Shown here piece after piece: positions 57,628 to 64,000 of a DNA stretch of 64,000 nucleotides. Source of the stretch: Gammaproteobacteria bacterium (GTDB lineage: Bacteria; Pseudomonadota; Gammaproteobacteria; Arenicellales; Poriferihabitantaceae). The stretch's first letter is position 1. Each line of letters starts with the position of its first letter. A model generated the notes under the pieces. The model saw only the letters and a list, made by a program, of their open reading frames with translations. It did no database searches and was not told the DNA's origin. The stretch lies in contig JAUILZ010000001.1 of NCBI GenBank assembly GCA_030432755.1, positions 203,388 to 267,387 of the forward strand, given 5' to 3'. The position numbers and the translations under genes are program-made.

Positions 57628-58719
57628 TTGGCCATCACCGAATTTTACCTGCATATCGCCTTTGGCTTCGTCCTGACGGTGATTGCAACGGTGATCACCT
57701 GGGCCATGCTCAAGCATGGCCGGATCCTCGACCACCCCAATCACCGCTCGTCGCACAGTCGCGCGGTGCCAAAGTCCGGCGGCATCTCAATCGTCGTCAC
57801 CTTCCTGATCGGCATGTGCTACATCATGCTGTTCGCGTCCCCGGACCTTGTAAACCAGGAATTTACCTACGGCTTCGTGTTCTCGTCGCTGTTGATCGCG
57901 CTGATCTCTTTCGTTGACGACGTCTGGGAGAAGAGCGCGCGATTCAAGCTGGTGACGCATTTCGTGGCGGTGGCGGTGGTGCTGTACACGGGCATCGTCA
58001 TCGATTCCCTGACCCTGCCCTGGGTGGGCCGTGTGGACATGGAGTGGCTTGGCTTCATCCTGTCGGCCATCTGGATCCTCGGGCTGACCAATGCCTGCAA
58101 TTTCATGGACGGCATCGACGGCCTGGTGGGCAGCACCGCGCTGATCGCGGCAATGTATTTCATGGCGATCAGCTACTACGAGGGCAGCACCTTCGTCTAC
58201 ATCACCGGCTACACCATCATCGCCGGCTGCGTGGGATTCCTGATCTACAACGCGCCACCGGCGAAGATCTTCATGGGCGACGTGGGCAGCGCCTTCCTCG
58301 GCTTCGTGTTCGCCACCCTGGCCATCATCGCCGCGCGCTACGACTCGTCGCGCACCTCGTTCCTGGTGATGCCGATGCTGCTGTTCCATTTCATCTACGA
58401 CACCCTGTTCACCTTCGTTCGCCGCCTGCTGCGCGGCGAGAACGCGCTCCAGGCCCATCGCACCCACCTGTACCAGTTGCTGGTGCGCAGCGGATACAGC
58501 CACCTAGAGGTGACACTGCTGCTCTCCTGCATGGCCTTTCTCCAGGGACTCGGCGCCATCTGGATGGTAAACATTCCCGGCAACGAGCGCCTCTACGTGT
58601 TCATTCCCTTCCTCCTGATCCAGATCATCTATTCCCACCTGACGCTCAAGCGCGCGCGCAAGGCAGGGGTGAGCCTGGGTGACAATCATTCCTGCCATCC
58701 CCGGCGGCAGAGCGGCTAG
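57628..58719 (+). CDS. Undecaprenyl-phosphate glycosyl-1-phosphate transferase (MraY/WecA family)
   Basis: 363 aa; 'DHPNHRSSHSRAVPKSGGISIV', 'NACNFMDGIDGLVGS', 'KIFMGDVGSAFLGFV', 'HRTHLYQLLVRSGYSH'. Confidence 0.9.
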   Translation: MAITEFYLHIAFGFVLTVIATVITWAMLKHGRILDHPNHRSSHSRAVPKSGGISIVVTFLIGMCYIMLFASPDLVNQEFTYGFVFSSLLIALISFVDDVWEKSARFKLVTHFVAVAVVLYTGIVIDSLTLPWVGRVDMEWLGFILSAIWILGLTNACNFMDGIDGLVGSTALIAAMYFMAISYYEGSTFVYITGYTIIAGCVGFLIYNAPPAKIFMGDVGSAFLGFVFATLAIIAARYDSSRTSFLVMPMLLFHFIYDTLFTFVRRLLRGENALQAHRTHLYQLLVRSGYSHLEVTLLLSCMAFLQGLGAIWMVNIPGNERLYVFIPFLLIQIIYSHLTLKRARKAGVSLGDNHSCHPRRQSG

Positions 58720-58734
58720 GCTGGACCGCGCGAG

Positions 58735-59700
58735 ATGACTACCAGGATCTTCGTCGCCGGCCATCGGGGCATGGTGGGTTCCGCCATCTGCCGCCGACTG
58801 GCGCGGGATGACGGTGTCGAGGTCGTGACCCGGACGAGAGGCGAACTGGATCTCACCGACCAGCGCGCCGTGCCGGAATTTTTTGCCAGTGAACCAGTCG
58901 ACCAGGTGATCCTGGCCGCGGCGAAGGTGGGCGGCATCCACGCCAACAATACCTTTCCCGCGGATTTCATTTACGAGAACCTGGCGATCCAGAACAATGT
59001 GATCCACGGCGCCTTCCGCGCCGGTATCGAGAGACTGTTGTTCCTTGGTTCCTCCTGCATCTATCCGCGCGACGCAGATCAGCCCATGGCGGAAGAGGCG
59101 TTGCTGACGGGGCCACTGGAGCCCACCAACGAACCCTACGCCGTCGCCAAGATCGCGGGCATCAAGCTCTGTGAATCCCTGAACCGGCAACATGGCACCG
59201 ACTACCGCGCGGTGATGCCCACCAATCTCTATGGCATCCACGACAACTTTCATCCCGAGAACAGCCACGTGATCCCGGCGCTGATGCGCCGCTTCCACGA
59301 GGCCACGATGTCAGGAGCGGAAAAGGTCACCGTCTGGGGCAGTGGCAACGCGATGCGTGAATTCCTGTACGTCGATGACATGGCCGACGCCTGCGTGTTC
59401 GTTTTGAACCTGCCGCGAGATGACCTTGACCGTGTGGTGCTCCCGAACCGGTCCCATCTCAACGTCGGTACCGGCGAGGATGTCACCATCCGCGAACTGG
59501 CGGAGACCATGGCCCGGGTGACCGGATTCCGCGGCGATGTCGAGTTCGATCACAGCAAACCCGATGGCGCGCCGCGCAAGTTACTCGACGTGAGCCGTAC
59601 GACGGGCCTCGGCTGGCGTTACCAGATACCGCTTGAGAAAGGACTCGAGCAGACTTACGCATGGTACCGCGAGCACGAGGAGCAACTGCGCGTCTCGTGA
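58735..59700 (+). CDS. fcl: GDP-L-fucose synthase
   Basis: 321 aa; '[19 protein letters not shown]', '[25 protein letters not shown]', '[39 protein letters not shown]'. Confidence 0.93.
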   Translation: MTTRIFVAGHRGMVGSAICRRLARDDGVEVVTRTRGELDLTDQRAVPEFFASEPVDQVILAAAKVGGIHANNTFPADFIYENLAIQNNVIHGAFRAGIERLLFLGSSCIYPRDADQPMAEEALLTGPLEPTNEPYAVAKIAGIKLCESLNRQHGTDYRAVMPTNLYGIHDNFHPENSHVIPALMRRFHEATMSGAEKVTVWGSGNAMREFLYVDDMADACVFVLNLPRDDLDRVVLPNRSHLNVGTGEDVTIRELAETMARVTGFRGDVEFDHSKPDGAPRKLLDVSRTTGLGWRYQIPLEKGLEQTYAWYREHEEQLRVS

Positions 59701-59742
59701 GGGGATGAACCGCCCGCTGACGACATCCCGTTGCAGCGGACG

Positions 59743-59758
59743 CGTGATTTAGATCACA
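59743..59758. promoter_or_regulatory. Candidate CRP/FNR-family binding site upstream of beta-helix paralog 3
   Basis: CGTGATTTAGATCACA against consensus TGTGA-N6-TCACA; 87 bp upstream of the start codon. Confidence 0.4.
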
Positions 59759-59844
59759 GAACGGGTCAGGGACATGGTGTAAGCTGTCAGACGATCGGGG
59801 ATTGAGCAATCCCGGTTGCAAATGGACACCTGGAGGGTAGCACC

Positions 59845-61062
59845 ATGTTGAATCACCGCTCGTTCCATCTGCTGGCGGCTATTCTGATCTGCTTTTTCGC
59901 CGGGACGGCATCAGCCAAAACCATCCACGTGCAACTCTGGGGCGTTCCGGCGCCAGGTTGCGGCAGTAAGTCGACTCCCTGCTCGAGTATATACGGCGCG
60001 CTCAACGTTGCCGGCAAGAACGATCGCATCATCGTTGGCCCGGGCGAATACGTCGGCAGCTATGACATCCAGGTTGAAGGGCTCAGGCTGGAATCCGCCG
60101 AGGGGCCCCACGCCACCATCCTGCGATCGCTGGACGAGGCGCTGGACGTCATCAGGATATCCCAGCACAAGGTGCGCATCGGGCGCCGGGGCAAGGGTTT
60201 GACCATCGTTGGCGCGACCTCAGCTTCCGGCGTGGAAGTGACCTTGCCATCATTCGACCGCACCCGGGTGGAGGGTAATGTATTCATAGGAAACTCCCGC
60301 GGAATCTGGCTGGAAGGATCCAGGGCGGTGGCGCGTCACAACCTGATCCTGGACTCTATTGCAATGGGAATCTACCTGCACAACGCGCCGTCGGGCCTGG
60401 TTAGCGATAACCGTCTTTTCCAGGCTGGAGGTGACGGCATCCGGTTGAACGAGAGCCATACGGTCAACGTGCAGAACAACCTGGTATACGGCGCAGCTTT
60501 AGCCATAGGAGTGGTTTACGGGACAGCCGGTAGCCGGATCCGAAACAACGCCGTGCTGGGTGGCAGCGAAGGCTCTCCGTACGGTATCGCCACCAGCAAT
60601 ATCGAAGACTTGCTGATCGACGGAAATATCGCATCGGGAGGTCACGTGGGGTATCAGTTGTTCAACGATGTGGCTCAAACCATTACGTCCGTGGTTCGCA
60701 ACAATGCCGCGGTGGGAACAACGGGAGACGGGTTTGAATTGACGGGTTTTGGCAGCTCGCACCCTCCCTTCGCGGTTCGGTTTGACAACAATACGGGCGT
60801 AAGCACGGGAGGCAGCGGGCTCAAGCTGGAGTACCAGTCCGGTATCAACAGCGCGCGGGGGAACAACCTGTATGATAACGACACTCATGCAATCGACAAC
60901 ACCACCGCTTCGAGCGTACTTCTGAAGAAAACCTACTACGGCCTGGTAAATGGCGTGCCCAGCTTCGTCTACAGCAGCACCAGCGGGGCCATCGATCCGG
61001 CGAGCACGGAGGCCAAAAAGCCAAATCGGTTCCGTGCCCGCAGGGCGGCGAAGCTGATGTAG
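59845..61062 (+). CDS. Secreted right-handed beta-helix repeat protein (paralog 3)
   Basis: 405 aa; signal peptide, 'IHVQLWGVPAPGCGSKSTPCSSIYGALNVAGKNDRIIVGPGEY', 'VRIGRRGKGLTIVGATSASG', coil repeats. Confidence 0.75.
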   Translation: MLNHRSFHLLAAILICFFAGTASAKTIHVQLWGVPAPGCGSKSTPCSSIYGALNVAGKNDRIIVGPGEYVGSYDIQVEGLRLESAEGPHATILRSLDEALDVIRISQHKVRIGRRGKGLTIVGATSASGVEVTLPSFDRTRVEGNVFIGNSRGIWLEGSRAVARHNLILDSIAMGIYLHNAPSGLVSDNRLFQAGGDGIRLNESHTVNVQNNLVYGAALAIGVVYGTAGSRIRNNAVLGGSEGSPYGIATSNIEDLLIDGNIASGGHVGYQLFNDVAQTITSVVRNNAAVGTTGDGFELTGFGSSHPPFAVRFDNNTGVSTGGSGLKLEYQSGINSARGNNLYDNDTHAIDNTTASSVLLKKTYYGLVNGVPSFVYSSTSGAIDPASTEAKKPNRFRARRAAKLM

Positions 61063-61231
61063 GAACGTCCGCATTCAGCTCTGAACGCAAAGTATCGCGA
61101 TCAGGGTGAGCGGAACCTCCTGAGGGTTCTTCGAAGGCGCGGAATGGCGCTCTTGCCGTCGGCCGGCGAAATGCTACACTGCGCACTCGCCAGGGCGTTC
61201 ACTGGCGCATGGTCTGCTTCATTTCGGAGAT

Positions 61232-62458
61232 TTGGGTATGCGCGTTATCTGCCTTGTTCGCCTGGGCATTGCCCTGGCACTCGTCTTCCTTCAACTTCCC
61301 GCCGGGGCGAAAACCATCTACGTCGAGAAATGGGGTGGACCTGCCCCGGGTTGTGGCAGCAAGCTGCTACCCTGTGGTGGAGTTTCCAGCGCGCTGTTCG
61401 ATGCCCGCAGGAACGACAGGATCATCGTGGGCCCCGGGAGTTTCACGGGCAACTACGACATCAACGTTGAAGGACTCCGCCTTGAGTCCGCTCATGGACC
61501 AAATGTCACCATCTTGCGCGCCAATGGCGGTATCGGCAGGATCATCGGAGTCAACCAGAGGAATATCCGCATAGGCCGGACTGGCAGGGGGCTGACGTTT
61601 GCGTTTGCCAACGGTAGTGCGACCGCTTCCGGCGTGCAGGAAGTTTCACCCCAGGTGACCGGGACGCGGGTCGAAGGCAACGTGTTCATCAGCAACAACT
61701 ACGGCATCTGGTTGCTTGGCGAGAACAGCCTGGTAAGAAACAACCTGCTGCAGGACAGCGGGATCGCCGGCATCTATGTCGAGACGGGCAGCCAGGTCCA
61801 GGTGCGTGACAACCGGATCATTCAGCAGGCTGGCATGGGTATCGGCCTGGGTAGCGTCGCGAGCGCCATCGTGCAGAACAATTTCATCAGTGGAGCAAAC
61901 AAGGGAATCCTGGTGTATTCCGGTTCCCACGGAAACCGGCTCCTCGCCAATGCCATCGTCAACGGGAAGGGGGTCAACCCGGCTGCCATACAGGTCGAGA
62001 ATGTCCAGGGCACCCGGGTGGACGGAAACGTTGCCACCATGGGCACCTGGGGGGTCATCGCACAGCAGGTCGCTGGTGGACAAATCGACCCGTTGTACGT
62101 CGTCAACAATGCCGTGGTGGCGAACCTTGCCGGGATCGTTCTCAACAGCTCGGTCGCGAACGTCTACGATGCCAGGATCGAGAACAACATGGGTTACTCA
62201 AATGCAATCTATGGAGTCGATATCCAGGGAAGCGCGCGTCCGTCGTCCATAGCACGAAACAACCTGGTGGGTGTTGCAACCGCGAGTCTGCGGAACGCGA
62301 CCGCGACGACGCTCGAGCACAGGCAATCCTTCCTCGGATTGTATGGTGGCAGTCCGGGCATCGAGTACACGGCACCCCAGGGCGTGTTCAGCGCCACCAG
62401 TACCGAGGCCACCAGGCCCAACCCGTTCAAGGCGGCCCGGGCGGCGCGGATGATGTAG
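61232..62458 (+). CDS. Secreted right-handed beta-helix repeat protein (paralog 4)
   Basis: 408 aa; signal peptide, 'IYVEKWGGPAPGCGSKLLPCGGVSSALFDARRNDRIIVGPGSF', 'IRIGRTGRGLTF', coil repeats. Confidence 0.75.
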   Translation: MGMRVICLVRLGIALALVFLQLPAGAKTIYVEKWGGPAPGCGSKLLPCGGVSSALFDARRNDRIIVGPGSFTGNYDINVEGLRLESAHGPNVTILRANGGIGRIIGVNQRNIRIGRTGRGLTFAFANGSATASGVQEVSPQVTGTRVEGNVFISNNYGIWLLGENSLVRNNLLQDSGIAGIYVETGSQVQVRDNRIIQQAGMGIGLGSVASAIVQNNFISGANKGILVYSGSHGNRLLANAIVNGKGVNPAAIQVENVQGTRVDGNVATMGTWGVIAQQVAGGQIDPLYVVNNAVVANLAGIVLNSSVANVYDARIENNMGYSNAIYGVDIQGSARPSSIARNNLVGVATASLRNATATTLEHRQSFLGLYGGSPGIEYTAPQGVFSATSTEATRPNPFKAARAARMM

Positions 62459-62466
62459 CCCGCGGG

Positions 62467-62898
62467 CTATTCCCAGGGATTGCTGTCCCGCCCTTCGGTG
62501 AACTTCGGCAGGTCGTCGTCCACGTCGTCCCAGTTGGCCCTGAAGTCCATGAACACGTGGGCGTCCGGGCGCTCCGCGATGTCGGTATCCAGGGTGCCGA
62601 GAGAGAACTCGACCAGTCCCTCGCCGCCGGAGGACGGCGCGAAGGTCATGCTGGATCCGCAGGTGCGGCAGAACCGGCGGGTGGTGCCATTGGTTGCAAC
62701 GTAGCTTTCGAGGAGACCCTCGCCACTGGTCCAGCGGAAGTTCTCCAGTTTCGCCTCGCCAAAGGTTGATCGCGCTGCGCCGTGGAACTTGCGGCACATG
62801 ATGCAGTGGCACTGGGCCATGTGGGGCTCGAGCCGGTCCACTTCGTAGGTCACTGCGCCGCAGAGGCAGCTGCCGCGGTAGGGTGCCTGGTTGGTCAT
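62467..62898 (-). CDS. GFA (glutathione-dependent formaldehyde-activating) family protein
   Basis: 143 aa; 'YRGSCLCGAVTYEVDRLEPHMAQCHCIMCRKFHGA', 'RRFCRTCGSSMTF'. Confidence 0.92.
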   Translation of the reverse strand: MTNQAPYRGSCLCGAVTYEVDRLEPHMAQCHCIMCRKFHGAARSTFGEAKLENFRWTSGEGLLESYVATNGTTRRFCRTCGSSMTFAPSSGGEGLVEFSLGTLDTDIAERPDAHVFMDFRANWDDVDDDLPKFTEGRDSNPWE

Positions 62899-62914
62899 CG
62901 AAGTTTCCTGTAGT

Positions 62915-63283
62915 TCAGGTACTGGTGTCGCTGGTGAAGGTCAAGCGGTTGCCGAAGGGATCGATGACGCTCAGATCCCGCGTACCCCATGGCGTGTTCT
63001 CTATCCTGGGTCGAAGATTGGGATAGCGTTTCGATTGCAATTCGCCGTGCAACGCGTCGATGTCCTCAACGGCGATTCGTATCGCGGCCCCGGGGCAGCA
63101 GTCACCGTGATGCTCCGTGAGATGCAACACGCAGCCGCCACGCGTGACTTGGAGATAGAGCGGCAGGCCTGGTTCGAAGCGATGCTCCCAGTCGACATTG
63201 AAACCGAGATAGCCGACATAGAATGCCTTCGACTTCTCCTCGTCGAATACACGCAGGATGGGGACGGCGGGATCGATCTTCAC
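62915..63283 (-). CDS. Glyoxalase/VOC superfamily protein (bleomycin-resistance-like)
   Basis: 122 aa; 'PVLRVFDEEKSKAFYVGYLGFNVDWEHRFEPGLPLYLQVTRGGCVLHLTEHHGDC', 'VIDPFGNRLTF'. Confidence 0.9.
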   Translation of the reverse strand: MKIDPAVPILRVFDEEKSKAFYVGYLGFNVDWEHRFEPGLPLYLQVTRGGCVLHLTEHHGDCCPGAAIRIAVEDIDALHGELQSKRYPNLRPRIENTPWGTRDLSVIDPFGNRLTFTSDTST

Positions 63284-63354
63284 GGGGTATTGCGGTGAGT
63301 GGCAATCAACACTATGCCATAGACGGCCGTCATACGCCGGGCCCGGTGCGGAGA

Positions 63355-63924
63355 TTACCGGTCTGACGCCACCTGTGAGGCGCCCAACGCTTCCAGCAGG
63401 GTCAGCCGCTCTCCACGGCAGTCCCGCAGGGTGATAGCTCCGGGCTCAGCGGGCGCTCCGAAGTGTACATCCGGATCATCGCCGTCATACCACTCTCGTA
63501 CCAGGGTGACGCTTTCCTTGCAGTAGTTCAGCGCGCCGGCGTCGTGATTGGCGATCAGGAGGAGCGCGCCGTCGAGGGAGAACACCGCCGCCGCGCTGTC
63601 GGGGATGCCTCGGTTGGACAGGCCAACAATGAGCAAGCCGTCAGGTGATGCCACCACGTCGCGGAACCAGAGTCCGGGATGGCTGACGGGCGGGGAGTTC
63701 CCGCTCTCTATTACTACCTCGAAATCCGGTTGCTGCGTACTGCGTGAGGCGTCCACCGACACCACCACCCGGCCGCCGCCGGGCAGGGCGACGACCCGTT
63801 CCTCGCTCTCGAAAGACCAGGAATCCGCCGGTGCCTCCGGCGCGGCCAGGGTCGCCAGACCGAGCGCCAGCGCTACCGCGGTCATCCCGCCGCGCGAATC
63901 CCGGCGGGAGCCGTCAGCGCGCAC
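63355..63924 (-). CDS. Secreted hypothetical protein
   Basis: 189 aa ORF with signal-peptide-like 'GMTAVALALGLATLAAPEAPADSW'. Confidence 0.5.
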   Translation of the reverse strand: MRADGSRRDSRGGMTAVALALGLATLAAPEAPADSWSFESEERVVALPGGGRVVVSVDASRSTQQPDFEVVIESGNSPPVSHPGLWFRDVVASPDGLLIVGLSNRGIPDSAAAVFSLDGALLLIANHDAGALNYCKESVTLVREWYDGDDPDVHFGAPAEPGAITLRDCRGERLTLLEALGASQVASDR

Positions 63925-64000
63925 TGTAGCCAGCGTCCACGGGCACCAGCGCCCCGGTCATGTAGCTCGCGGCGTCCGAGGCGAGGAACAGCACCACCCG
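63914..64000 (-). CDS. SDR family oxidoreductase, C-terminal fragment (runs off window end)
   Basis: Reverse strand ...RVVLFLASDAASYMTGALVPVDAGYSAR*: typical SDR C-terminus. Confidence 0.75.
   Translation of the reverse strand, partial: RVVLFLASDAASYMTGALVPVDAGYSAR

Overview
This 64 kb window comes from a high-GC, gene-dense bacterial chromosome, probably gammaproteobacterial by gene content. I see no phage, CRISPR array, transposase or recognisable defence locus. Recognisable modules: a URC1/URC4-like pair (GTP cyclohydrolase II-like plus DUF1688) suggesting a non-canonical uracil-catabolism route; an Lrp/LysE/Sir2/SQR-like stretch; a complete branched-chain-amino-acid-type ABC transporter next to DUF1989, polysaccharide deacetylase and DMT genes; sodB; a GlrK-QseG-GlrR (QseE/G/F)-like sigma-54 regulatory operon; a tandem pair of two-domain universal stress proteins between two CXXCH proteins; a LysR-SdhB-C-D-A-like cluster followed by a two-subunit class I fumarase; and a nucleotide-sugar/polysaccharide cluster (CysC, PglF/WbpM-like, WecA-like, Fcl). 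Most interesting items: (1) a compact four-gene minus-strand operon-like block with divergent LspA-like and Lgt-like proteins, a small membrane protein with a lipobox-like sequence, and an 894-aa protein ending in a thioredoxin/AhpC-like domain; (2) four paralogous secreted beta-helix proteins in two tandem pairs about 50 kb apart, sharing an N-terminal Cys/Gly motif and a basic C-terminal tail; (3) an intergenic region beside the GlrR-like regulator with an exact TGTC-N10-GACA dyad and a GG-N10-GC sigma-54-like promoter pointing at an EF-hand protein gene; (4) a nested imperfect inverted repeat of about 143 bp between convergent genes. All family calls come from reading motifs in the translations; no database search was run.
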